Shown here one piece after another: positions 25,544 to 34,023 of a DNA stretch of 48,464 nucleotides. Location: the IMG/VR virus record IMGVR_UViG_2974587864_000001; one strand, 5' to 3'. The notes beneath the pieces were generated by a model. It made no database searches. It was not told the origin of the DNA and was given only the letters and a program-made list of their open reading frames with translations. How positions within the stretch are numbered: the stretch's first letter is position 1; every line of letters starts with the position of its first letter. Position numbers and translations under genes: made by a program. Origin of the DNA: a virus (Duplodnaviria > Heunggongvirae > Uroviricota > Caudoviricetes > Straboviridae).

Positions 25544-26116
25544 TCACCATTTCTTTATTAGTTGTTCAACCTTTTTCTGGTCGGTTTTATTTTTCACAAC
25601 ATCAGCCAACACAGATAAAGCAACTTTCATATTTTTCCGCTTCCACTCGTCCAGTTTTTCAAGCTGTTTGAGTTCTTCGTAATATTCCATTGCTATACGT
25701 GTATTTACACCGTATCGTTTTTGGAGAACATGAAGGATAACTTTCATTTCGTTATCTTCGGTGAGTTTAGCCCACGCCCCGAACCGCTTACCTTTGCGCA
25801 CCGTATGCAGGTAATAATCAAAGTGCGCCTGGTCTGGTAAACCGGAACCGATCATATTCATCGTGTATGCAGGTATCAGCGTTTCGATATGCTGGCTCAT
25901 TGCATTGTCGATGAAAAACTTATCGTATGAATCAAGGGCAGAGATCCGTAATGGTGTCTTCCCGTTGTTCAGTTCTTCGAGCACCATAAACAAGGTGTTT
26001 TCCTTGTCTTTGGTGTACTCTTTCACAAGTTCTTCGATCTTGTCCCAGTCTTTAGAACGCCAGGCCGCTTCATGTTCGTTCAGTTCTTCTTCATCGAGAA
26101 AAGCAGCCAGTGACAT
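25544..26116 (-). CDS. 62: Clamp loader small subunit gp62
   Basis: Y.KF.I.NA.SQ, L.DQAHFDYYLH.V.KGKRF..WAK; synteny. Confidence 0.92.
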   Translation of the reverse strand: MSLAAFLDEEELNEHEAAWRSKDWDKIEELVKEYTKDKENTLFMVLEELNNGKTPLRISALDSYDKFFIDNAMSQHIETLIPAYTMNMIGSGLPDQAHFDYYLHTVRKGKRFGAWAKLTEDNEMKVILHVLQKRYGVNTRIAMEYYEELKQLEKLDEWKRKNMKVALSVLADVVKNKTDQKKVEQLIKKW

Positions 26117-26117
26117 T

Positions 26118-27116
26118 TTAAGCCTCCCACGCGAGGGTAAGCATTAAGCCCATGAACAGGTATTGCAGGTGAATCTCTTTGTTCACTGCCAGCCCGTACT
26201 GTGCGTTGTTTTCGCCTACTGCCTGAATGAGTGCAACCTTAGATTCGTTGGTGACGATCGGGTATACCGCATCCAGAAGTTTAGCCAGGAAAGTTTCATA
26301 CTCAGGCGCGTACTTGATTGCTTCGGCTCGCAGTGCTTTGAAGTTCTTCGCTTTAAGCCCCTCAATCACTGGTGTGATGTCCGAACCAACAATCTCAGAC
26401 AGAATACCAGCATCAATTTTGCCACGCTTAGAATAGAACCCAAGAGCTTTAACGATGGATCGCGCGTCTGGGTAGTGCTTCTTAACGAATCCGGCGATCA
26501 CCTGCTGGTCATATTCGATTTTCTCGATTTCGAGGATACCGAAACAACGTTTGATCATTTGCTTCATCAGTTCAACGCGTTCTTCCTTCGACGGGGAACC
26601 GAACTTGACTACCGGACAGCGGGAGATCAGCGCAGGGTGAATCCCGTTGATGTTGTTCGCGGTAATGATAACAGTAACGTTCTTGCTGTACGCTTCGATA
26701 AAGCTACGCATGTGCTTCTGTGCTTCTGCCATGCCAGGGCGATCGAATTCGTCAATCAGAATGATTTTACCGCCTTTCTTCTGCGTCATAGAGGACGCGT
26801 AACGATCCAGTTCGTTACGGATGAAGTTCACACCACAATCGGAACCGTTGACAAACATCACTTCCGCATCAACTTCGTTAGCCAGAACCAGCGCCAGCGT
26901 TGTTTTACCCGTACCTGGGGAATCAGAAACCAGAGTCATGTTGTCGATGCGCCCAGACTTGATGAAGCCGCGCATCGTCGCTTTATCAGCAGCAGGGAGA
27001 ATGCATTCATCGATCGTCGTCGGGCGATAGCGCTGATCCCATGCGAATTCTTCGGGAGACTGGGAGATTTTGCCGTATTTGGTTTCGATTAACTGTACGT
27101 TTTCACTAAGTTCCAT
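26118..27116 (-). CDS. 44: Clamp loader AAA+ subunit gp44
   Basis: QRYRP.TIDECILP, SPGTGKTT, IDEFDR, L.SRC. Confidence 0.97.
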   Translation of the reverse strand: MELSENVQLIETKYGKISQSPEEFAWDQRYRPTTIDECILPAADKATMRGFIKSGRIDNMTLVSDSPGTGKTTLALVLANEVDAEVMFVNGSDCGVNFIRNELDRYASSMTQKKGGKIILIDEFDRPGMAEAQKHMRSFIEAYSKNVTVIITANNINGIHPALISRCPVVKFGSPSKEERVELMKQMIKRCFGILEIEKIEYDQQVIAGFVKKHYPDARSIVKALGFYSKRGKIDAGILSEIVGSDITPVIEGLKAKNFKALRAEAIKYAPEYETFLAKLLDAVYPIVTNESKVALIQAVGENNAQYGLAVNKEIHLQYLFMGLMLTLAWEA

Positions 27117-27139
27117 AATATTACCTTCAATTGATTATC

Positions 27140-27161
27140 AAAAAGGGGCTTAACGCCCCTT
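27140..27161 (-). terminator. Intrinsic terminator after gene 45
   Basis: aaggggc-gttaa-gcccctt-ttt. Confidence 0.65.
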
Positions 27162-27180
27162 GTGTACTACTTTGTTTATC

Positions 27181-27846
27181 TTACTTGAACTGGCTGGTTG
27201 CTTCAAGTACCACTACATACGCAACGCCGTTTTCGGACGAGAATTTCGCAGCGCCGCGAGAAGAGATTTCAACTTTGTAATCGCTGTTGATGAACTGCAT
27301 GTTGTCAATCTTCATATCGAAGTTGAACATGTTATCACCTTCGTAATCGCCCACTTCTACAGAGAAGGTTGACTGGCTTTCTTTACTTTTCGCGGTGATT
27401 ACCAGCTTGCCGTTGATTGGCTCAACAGACAGGTCGGTCAGTTTCATCATGCGTGACGCTTTGATCAGTTTTTCGAAATCGTTCGCGCTAATCTGGAAAA
27501 TCAGATCCGCAACTGGCATTTCCAGACGCTTCTTAGGCTGTACGATTGTGGTTGGATCGCTTGAACGCTCAACGATTTTCATTTTCTCACCACGAATGAC
27601 GATTTCGCCAGTGGACAGATCGTGAGTTACTTCGGCATCAGTGCCTACAACGTTCAGCATGTTCAGGAATGAGTTCAGATCGTAGATACCTACATCTTCG
27701 TCAATTACGTCAGAAATCGTTGCTTCTGCGTAAACTACGCTGTTGATGGATTTCGTCATAATGAACGAACCCTTTTTCAGCATTACAGACGGGTTGATCT
27801 GGGAAAAGTTTTTCAGGATATCGATCGTTTGTTTAGAGAATTTCAT
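27181..27846 (-). CDS. 45: Sliding clamp gp45
   Basis: MKFSK.T..ILKNFS.IN....L..G..I.T, IYDL..FL; synteny. Confidence 0.95.
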   Translation of the reverse strand: MKFSKQTIDILKNFSQINPSVMLKKGSFIMTKSINSVVYAEATISDVIDEDVGIYDLNSFLNMLNVVGTDAEVTHDLSTGEIVIRGEKMKIVERSSDPTTIVQPKKRLEMPVADLIFQISANDFEKLIKASRMMKLTDLSVEPINGKLVITAKSKESQSTFSVEVGDYEGDNMFNFDMKIDNMQFINSDYKVEISSRGAAKFSSENGVAYVVVLEATSQFK

Positions 27847-27866
27847 ATTCAACCTATAGTTTTCAA

Positions 27867-28151
27867 TTAGGCAAAAGTGCCGTTAATCAGGGATTCTACA
27901 ACGCGATCCGCCGCATTGTCAAGGAATTCTTTGCTTTTGGATTCTGTGATTTTCGTACCCGCTTCGCGAGCGTCGTGAATCAGTCCGGTATGTACTGCGC
28001 TTACTGCTTCGTCGATCCGTTTGTAATGCTCAAAGCGTTCAGCTTGAGGCATCGCACGGAAAATCTCTTTGATGTTTTCCGGCACTTTACCTACCCAGGA
28101 TTTGCGAACGTTGTTCAGATGCGCTACATATACGTTTTGTTCTAAATTCAT
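27867..28151 (-). CDS. rpbA: RNA polymerase-binding protein RpbA-like
   Basis: N.VRKSWV and R..HY..IDE.VS resemble recalled T4 RpbA; sits upstream of 45. Confidence 0.75.
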   Translation of the reverse strand: MNLEQNVYVAHLNNVRKSWVGKVPENIKEIFRAMPQAERFEHYKRIDEAVSAVHTGLIHDAREAGTKITESKSKEFLDNAADRVVESLINGTFA

Positions 28152-28196
28152 ATCTACCTCAAACTTTCAAATTGGGGGCTTTCGCCCCCGTAAGCA

Positions 28197-29177
28197 TTAC
28201 AGATCCAGCAGTTTATCCAGGTCGTCATCACCGGAACCACCTTCCAGGTCAAACGGAGGTGTATTATCATCTTCCGGTACGCTTCCGCCTACGTTCAGTT
28301 GACTTACGCCACCAGATTCTTTAGCACCGTTGGAATGGTTGCCATTATCGAAGTTTTTCAGTTCGTTGTCAAATGAGTTCAGTTCTGAATCCAGATCCGC
28401 ACCAGCGCTTGCGCCAGCACCCATTGCAGCACCACCGAATACTTTGGTGAACTTCGCGGTCAGTTCCGCAGTTGGTTTGAACTGGTCTGGAGCAGTGATT
28501 GGACGCAGATCGCTCATACCTTCAAAGATTTCTTTCTGACGCGCTTCGTCTTCGATGCCTTTGATTGGGCCAGGAACACCAAACTTGCTGTCGTCGTAGT
28601 TAGGCCAGTCGCCTACTTTCTTCGCGGTCAGGGTGAAGTTAGCGCCACCAAACGGACAGGTCACAGCAACACCTGGTTCATCCAGATCTGGGTTCCCCGC
28701 GATAGCCGCAGTGATTTTATCCATGATCTTTTTACCGAAGCGGAACTTAAACACCTTACCTTCGTTTTCTGGGTGCATTGGATCTTTAACCACCAGAATG
28801 TTCGCCCAGAACGATTGTTTACGTCCGATCATACCCAGTGTTTTTTCGGCTTCACTGCCTTTCACTTTCGCTTTTTCGAACAGATCGTTTTCAGAGATAT
28901 ACTGACACACAGGGCAAGCATCGTAATCGCCGTGAGTAGACGGGCAGTTTTCGATGAACCACTGGTTATTCTTTTTGAATGAATGGTTGACGATACGCAC
29001 GAACGCCAGTTCATCATCAGATCGGTTAGGCAGGAAGCGGATCACCGCAGAACCGTTTTTCTGTGCATCGACACCGAGTTTCCACTCTTTTTCATCTTTC
29101 TGGAAGCCGGATGAACCTTTCAGAGCGGCGACTTGTTCTTGCAGTTTGGTTGGATCTTGACGTTTAAAGAATGACAT
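28197..29177 (-). CDS. 32: Single-stranded DNA binding protein gp32
   Basis: AVIRFLP, H.FK...W.IENC.STHGD...CPVC, FRFGKKI.DKI, acidic tail DDDLDKLLDL. Confidence 0.97.
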   Translation of the reverse strand: MSFFKRQDPTKLQEQVAALKGSSGFQKDEKEWKLGVDAQKNGSAVIRFLPNRSDDELAFVRIVNHSFKKNNQWFIENCPSTHGDYDACPVCQYISENDLFEKAKVKGSEAEKTLGMIGRKQSFWANILVVKDPMHPENEGKVFKFRFGKKIMDKITAAIAGNPDLDEPGVAVTCPFGGANFTLTAKKVGDWPNYDDSKFGVPGPIKGIEDEARQKEIFEGMSDLRPITAPDQFKPTAELTAKFTKVFGGAAMGAGASAGADLDSELNSFDNELKNFDNGNHSNGAKESGGVSQLNVGGSVPEDDNTPPFDLEGGSGDDDLDKLLDL

Positions 29178-29180
29178 ATG

Positions 29181-29846
29181 TTATTTCTCGTTTAAGTTAA
29201 TTAAAGTTTGTTTCATTAAGTTTCGGTATTTTACGATTTCTTCGTTACTGATTTCAACTAATTTTCTGTATGCGTTTAGTTTTTTACTAAATTCATTCCA
29301 GACGAAATCCGTTGCGATTTCATCGTGTTTATTTATGATGTCTAAAAACGAGTCGAGGATCAAGAATGATTCATAAGAAATCACCCCAGACTGTACGAGT
29401 TTGCTGATATACGAGGTTGATGATTTGACGCTATACTGAAACACCGTTGAGAGGGGAATACCTTTCATGCGGGAAAATTCATACAGGTTTTTTACATCGT
29501 CCACGAAAATATTATCAATTCGCCTCAACTTGCCTATGTATTGACGATAAAACACGATCGTATCTTCGTCTACATCCCCGACCCAGAAGTCGGGGTTAGC
29601 TACCATGTTGGAGAGAAGTATAAGATATATTTCTTTGAATGTAAACCTTTCGGCTAACTTTTTGAAAAAATACTTATCTCTTCTCTTTTCGAACGCTTTT
29701 TCAGTGATCTTTATTTCCCATTTGTACTTGATCGCGTCATACTTCCCAGCAAAGTGATTTTTCATCACCAGATACAGTTTGTATACCGCGATCGGTTTCA
29801 AACGGGAATTAGCGTCTGAACTGTCAAACGGGGTTTTAAATTTCAC
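29181..29846 (-). CDS. 59: Helicase loader gp59
   Basis: VYKLYL.MKNHF.GKYD..KY.W, F.KRRDKYFF.KL. Confidence 0.95.
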   Translation of the reverse strand: MKFKTPFDSSDANSRLKPIAVYKLYLVMKNHFAGKYDAIKYKWEIKITEKAFEKRRDKYFFKKLAERFTFKEIYLILLSNMVANPDFWVGDVDEDTIVFYRQYIGKLRRIDNIFVDDVKNLYEFSRMKGIPLSTVFQYSVKSSTSYISKLVQSGVISYESFLILDSFLDIINKHDEIATDFVWNEFSKKLNAYRKLVEISNEEIVKYRNLMKQTLINLNEK

Positions 29847-30094
29847 ATGAAATCATCCAGTGTTTGCGTCGTCGCGTGGTCTTTAGCCACAGAAGGACGC
29901 AGCAGATTGTTTTTAATGGCTTCGTCGCTAATCTTGTCGATGATCGCTTTCGGTACGGTTTTGGACAGCATAGCATAATCAATGCTGTTTTCGTCCATCC
30001 ATTGTAACGTAGCTTCCATGTAGGTTGCCCCCTCAGAGGCAACCAGATTTTCGATATACAAGCCGACTTCGGTTTTGTTTCCGATTTCGCTCAT
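29843..30094 (-). CDS. 33: Late transcription co-activator gp33
   Basis: IE.LV...G.TYMEA...W.DENSI, I.DKI..EAI..NLLRPS, C-terminal TLDDFM. Confidence 0.93.
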   Translation of the reverse strand: MSEIGNKTEVGLYIENLVASEGATYMEATLQWMDENSIDYAMLSKTVPKAIIDKISDEAIKNNLLRPSVAKDHATTQTLDDFM

Positions 30095-30095
30095 A

Positions 30096-30359
30096 TTACG
30101 CCTTATCGATCACATCGTACAGTTCGATAAGTTCGTTGTTCTGTTCTTCGAACGCGGTACGTGCCTGTTCGTGATACAGTTTGAACAGCTTGCCGAAGGT
30201 TTTACCGTCGATACCATAATCCGTTTTCGCTTTGGATTTGATGTCTTTGAAAGAACCCTGGAAGTGTTCGATCTGGGTTTTCACGTTCGACGCTTCTTTG
30301 ATCAGTTCTTTAACCGCTTTAGCGATGTCTGGGTTTTCTTGCAGTAATTCTACACTCAT
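30096..30359 (-). CDS. dsbA: Double-stranded DNA binding protein DsbA
   Basis: IKEAS..K, KDIK.KAK...GIDGK.F..L.KLYH...R..FE. Confidence 0.92.
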   Translation of the reverse strand: MSVELLQENPDIAKAVKELIKEASNVKTQIEHFQGSFKDIKSKAKTDYGIDGKTFGKLFKLYHEQARTAFEEQNNELIELYDVIDKA

Positions 30360-30368
30360 TTTGTTACC

Positions 30369-31304
30369 TCAAAAGTCACTTAGTTTTTCATACATACGGG
30401 TAAGTTTGCATTCCATGAAGTATTTCTCCATTTTTGCTTTGTTCCCGATTTTTGGAGCATTGTACGCTTCTTCGATTGCCGTTGCAACATCTTTCGGAAT
30501 AAAATCAAAGTCGCGAAGTTCTTCGTTTTCTCTGTAACGGATCGCCCACTCTTCGGGCATACCCACGGTCGGATCGTCCGCTTCCAGCCAGGCTTCGAGT
30601 TCAGCAGCCCTGATTTGTGGGGCGCGTTCTCCTTCAACCTTCGTAACAATATAGTCATTTCGCATTTTAATGCAAGCGATACTATCTTTTTTATCGCCCT
30701 TGATGATCTTCATGCGCAAATCGTTACGAGGTGAACCATATTTCGGTGTAACCCATTTCTTTTGGGTTGGCGACCACTGACGCACACCCTGATATTTTTG
30801 AAGGGCTGCAAAGTCACCATCAGCAGAAACGATCAGGACACGTTTACCTTCGGATACCGCTTTACGCGTCACCACACCGATCACGTCATCGGCTTCTGCG
30901 AAGTCAACACGGATACCTTTGTACGGTAAATTAGCACGGATTTCATCGTATGTCGGGTGAAGGAAACCATTCAGGCGATCCCAGTCCCAATCCGATGCTT
31001 CTTGTTCCATTTTTCGTTTCTTTTTGTAGTACCAGGCTTTACTTCTGCGCCAATACTTGTTATCATCAAAGGCTAGAACAATTTCAGGGTACTCGCCTTT
31101 GAATTTAACCACATTGTGACGAATGGTGTCAAGCACTATGTGACGAACAATTTGTTGGTTGATGTCATTCTGGTCTTTCGGCTTGAAGTTGTTCATCAAC
31201 GTTGCTACCGAAAGGTTTGAAATATCTATACACATCACATCAACAGGATCATCGTCATTGCTCATTAAGCTGTTCAGGTTGAACATACTTGCAAATGAAG
31301 ACAT
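30369..31304 (-). CDS. rnh: RNase H / 5'-3' flap exonuclease
   Basis: YWR....YYK..R, EADDVIG, SADGDF..L.KY, KG.KKD.IA; start moved to 31304 after GAGGT. Confidence 0.95.
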   Translation of the reverse strand: MSSFASMFNLNSLMSNDDDPVDVMCIDISNLSVATLMNNFKPKDQNDINQQIVRHIVLDTIRHNVVKFKGEYPEIVLAFDDNKYWRRSKAWYYKKKRKMEQEASDWDWDRLNGFLHPTYDEIRANLPYKGIRVDFAEADDVIGVVTRKAVSEGKRVLIVSADGDFAALQKYQGVRQWSPTQKKWVTPKYGSPRNDLRMKIIKGDKKDSIACIKMRNDYIVTKVEGERAPQIRAAELEAWLEADDPTVGMPEEWAIRYRENEELRDFDFIPKDVATAIEEAYNAPKIGNKAKMEKYFMECKLTRMYEKLSDF

Positions 31305-31335
31305 TTCAATACCTCGTTGTTGTTGAATGAAACTG

Positions 31336-31363
31336 ATTATAGTGATCACTTTTTCAAAGTCAA
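31336..31363 (-). promoter_or_regulatory. Promoter for the rnh-dsbA-33-59-32 operon
   Basis: TTGACT-16-TATAAT. Confidence 0.75.
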
Positions 31364-31381
31364 TAGATCATTTCAAAAATC

Positions 31382-31536
31382 TGAGCGAAGCGAAGGACAC
31401 GAACGTAGTGAGTGTCTATGTACTGAATGTACGTTTTAATATTTTTATATTTTATATATAGAGAAAACAGTACATTTCCGTATACTTTTTAACCAGTTTA
31501 ACTATCCGTTTCGCTTCGCTCACGGAAGCGCTTCGC
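31382..31536. other. Origin-like symmetric non-coding element
   Basis: 13-bp and 8-bp nested inverted repeats around an AT-rich core; three GCGAAGC motifs. Confidence 0.5.
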
Positions 31537-31572
31537 GCTGATTTTATTAAATAATATAGATTGGAAGTAGGT

Positions 31573-31601
31573 TTGAAACACCTGATTCAATCGGCTATAA
31601 T
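31573..31601 (+). promoter_or_regulatory. Promoter for gene 55
   Basis: TTGAAA-17-TATAAT. Confidence 0.75.
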
Positions 31602-31626
31602 GAATGTATTCAATTTGGAGAATATA

Positions 31627-32142
31627 ATGACTACAAAGATTTATGCAGATAATGATAAGCTGTATCCAGTTATGTGTAAGTGGAAACAGCAAATCCGTGA
31701 AACTGGTGATCGTAAGATGCCGGATGAACTCGGTATTGCGATTATGAACATTGCTCACGGTTTGGCACGTCGATACAACTTCAACCGTTATTCCGAAGAC
31801 TGGAAAATGGATATGATCGATGATGGAATTTCGGCAACGATTTCCGGCCTTCATAACTTTGACGAAACCAAATATACAAACGTCTACGGTTACATCAACA
31901 AGGCTTGCTGGCAAGCGTTTGTAACTCGTATTCTCTACGAGAAGAAAGAGAACGCGAAGAAATACAAATACTTCCTGGAACATGTCTATGACAGCGATGA
32001 TACTGATATGACCACGATAGCCGATGAAACTTTCATTCAGGATATCCATGACAAACTTAATCAGTATGAAGAGTCCGCGAAAAAACCCAAAGATAAAATC
32101 GAGGTTGTGGACGAATCGCCAACATTGGAAATGTTTCTATGA
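31627..32142 (+). CDS. 55: Late sigma factor gp55
   Basis: LG.AIM.IA.GL..R.NF..Y...WK.DMI.DGI, L.NFDETKY.N, DETFIQDI; start moved to 31627 after GGAG. Confidence 0.96.
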   Translation: MTTKIYADNDKLYPVMCKWKQQIRETGDRKMPDELGIAIMNIAHGLARRYNFNRYSEDWKMDMIDDGISATISGLHNFDETKYTNVYGYINKACWQAFVTRILYEKKENAKKYKYFLEHVYDSDDTDMTTIADETFIQDIHDKLNQYEESAKKPKDKIEVVDESPTLEMFL

Positions 32143-32366
32143 AAATTAAAATTGACCTGAACAAAATTTTAGCAGATGCTAACGACGAAATTGATCTGCT
32201 TCCTTACCTTGTGAAATTAGAGTTGCAGAGCTTAGGGATTCCGATTATCATCGACCCTACAGATGTACGAGATCCAGACTTCCAGATAACAGAAGGTCGT
32301 CTGGACTATGTAATAAACGCCGAAACAATGATCATGGAGATCACTTACTATGAACGTGCAGCATGA
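32139..32366 (+). CDS. a-gt.5: a-gt.5-like protein
   Basis: LPYL.K..L...G..I.IDP recalled from T4; synteny after 55. Confidence 0.65.
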   Translation: MKIKIDLNKILADANDEIDLLPYLVKLELQSLGIPIIIDPTDVRDPDFQITEGRLDYVINAETMIMEITYYERAA

Positions 32367-32694
32367 AGTAATCGACGAAGTACACCAAAAATCAGCGCTG
32401 GATCTTCGTGAAGAAGAACTGGACTCCATCAAGGGTACACGCATTGAACAGGAAGCCCTACGCAAAGCGCAAAAGTTCATGCGGAAGAACAAAGCGGAAT
32501 GGAAGCGACTGCATAAACACGCAGAGAACGCACTCTTCGAAGGTAACAAAGAGCAGTACGTATACGCGATCAAAAAGATGCGTGATATGCTCAAGCAACC
32601 ATACAACGATGAACTGATTGAAACGATGTGGATCACTTCGAACCAGCAGTTGAAAGACCTGTTCATCATGGCTTCTGAAAAATACGGCAAATAA
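32350..32694 (+). CDS. a-gt.4: a-gt.4-like protein
   Basis: KA.KF.RKNKAE.KR....AENA.......Y.YAI.K.R....QP.NDELI. Confidence 0.8.
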   Translation: MNVQHEVIDEVHQKSALDLREEELDSIKGTRIEQEALRKAQKFMRKNKAEWKRLHKHAENALFEGNKEQYVYAIKKMRDMLKQPYNDELIETMWITSNQQLKDLFIMASEKYGK

Positions 32695-32711
32695 ACCCCT
32701 TCGGGGGTTTT
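32693..32711 (+). terminator. Intrinsic terminator (UUCG loop)
   Basis: aaacccc-TTCG-ggggtttt. Confidence 0.7.
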
Positions 32712-32720
32712 GAGGTTTAT

Positions 32721-33740
32721 ATGAACTATGTTTTAATTGGGGATACCCATGCCGGACTTCGCCAGGATAACCCCTGGAACGAAGAAAACCTGTATGCGGT
32801 ATTCAAACAGATCGTAGAGTATTGCAAAGAACACGGGATCACGCGCGGCTTCCATGCTGGCGACTTCTTCGACGTTCGAAAAGCAACCACACAAACGACA
32901 ATGAATTTTGTTCGTGAAAAGCTGGTTCCTCTTCTGATTGAGGCGGGGATCACTCTGGATGTTCTTGTCGGCAACCACGATTGCCAATTTAAGGACAAAA
33001 TACGCCCCAACGCGCCACGCGAGATACTAAGTCAATACGAATGCTTTAATGTCATCGACGAACCGACCACGGTTGATTTAGGTGGCGGAAATTCGATTGA
33101 CCTGATCCCGTGGATTTGTCAGGAAAACAGCCAGCGTATTTTTGACTACATCAAACAATCGAAAGCTAACTTTTGTTTGGGACACTTCGAACTGTCTGGT
33201 TACTATTTCTACAAGAACAGCAAAGCCGATCATGGGCTGGAACCTGATTTCTTGAAGAAGTACGATCGTGTTTACTCTGGACACTATCACCACGCTAACG
33301 AGGGTGATAACGTGTTTTATATCGGTACGCCTCTGACTATGAGCGCAAACGACGAAGACGAAACACGCGGATTCTATGTGTTCACGGGCAAGCCTGAATT
33401 GACTTTCATCGCTAACCCTGTGTGTCACCATCGCCGGATCATGTATCCAGCACAGAAAGATGTTGATCTCGAACAGTTCCGCAACTGCGCGGTGCGTCTG
33501 ATTGTCAGTGAAATTGATCAGGGGCTTGCAAAGTTCCAAACCAAAATTGAAGAAATTGCCTATGAAATTAATATCATAGACAAAGTTCAAACAGATTCGG
33601 ATGTCGATACCGACTTTGAAATCAAAACCGTTCGTGGTCTTATCACTGAGTATATCGCCAACATGCAGATCACCGACGATGAAAAAGAGGAAGTGAATAA
33701 GCTGATCAGCGAACTATACGCGGAGGTGTCAAGTGCATAG
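32721..33740 (+). CDS. 47: Recombination nuclease subunit gp47 (Mre11-like)
   Basis: IGDTH, AGDFFD, VGNHD, GHFE..G, SGHYH. Confidence 0.96.
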   Translation: MNYVLIGDTHAGLRQDNPWNEENLYAVFKQIVEYCKEHGITRGFHAGDFFDVRKATTQTTMNFVREKLVPLLIEAGITLDVLVGNHDCQFKDKIRPNAPREILSQYECFNVIDEPTTVDLGGGNSIDLIPWICQENSQRIFDYIKQSKANFCLGHFELSGYYFYKNSKADHGLEPDFLKKYDRVYSGHYHHANEGDNVFYIGTPLTMSANDEDETRGFYVFTGKPELTFIANPVCHHRRIMYPAQKDVDLEQFRNCAVRLIVSEIDQGLAKFQTKIEEIAYEINIIDKVQTDSDVDTDFEIKTVRGLITEYIANMQITDDEKEEVNKLISELYAEVSSA

Positions 33741-34023
33741 CCGTTATGATGAATATTTCGGGGCGAATCCCCGATATTCTCACCTGTTGCGTATGTTGGG
33801 AATGAAACACATCATTTCCACATCCGACGAAGCAGGGGAAACCAGCGCAGTTTGTTTGACCATCATGAAGGGTGCATGGCATTCATCACGAACATGGTCA
33901 ATATTCATGCTTGATACACTGGACGACGATACTCTATCATATAGTATTGATTCATCAGTTGTTCAAATGATCACTGAATTATGTGAACGGATTTTAAATG
34001 AAACTAAACTTCAAAAAAATTAA
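33733..34023 (+). CDS. Hypothetical protein between 47 and 46
   Basis: GTG start 6 nt after GGAGG; overlaps both neighbours. Confidence 0.65.
   Translation: MHSRYDEYFGANPRYSHLLRMLGMKHIISTSDEAGETSAVCLTIMKGAWHSSRTWSIFMLDTLDDDTLSYSIDSSVVQMITELCERILNETKLQKN

Noticed and set aside
26163-27092. 309-aa ORF antisense to gene 44
   Set aside because: Same shadow pattern; no recognisable domain.
31498-32049. 183-aa minus-strand ORF over gene 55 and the intergenic element
   Set aside because: Antisense to 55 with no SD; its tail merely runs through the repeat region.
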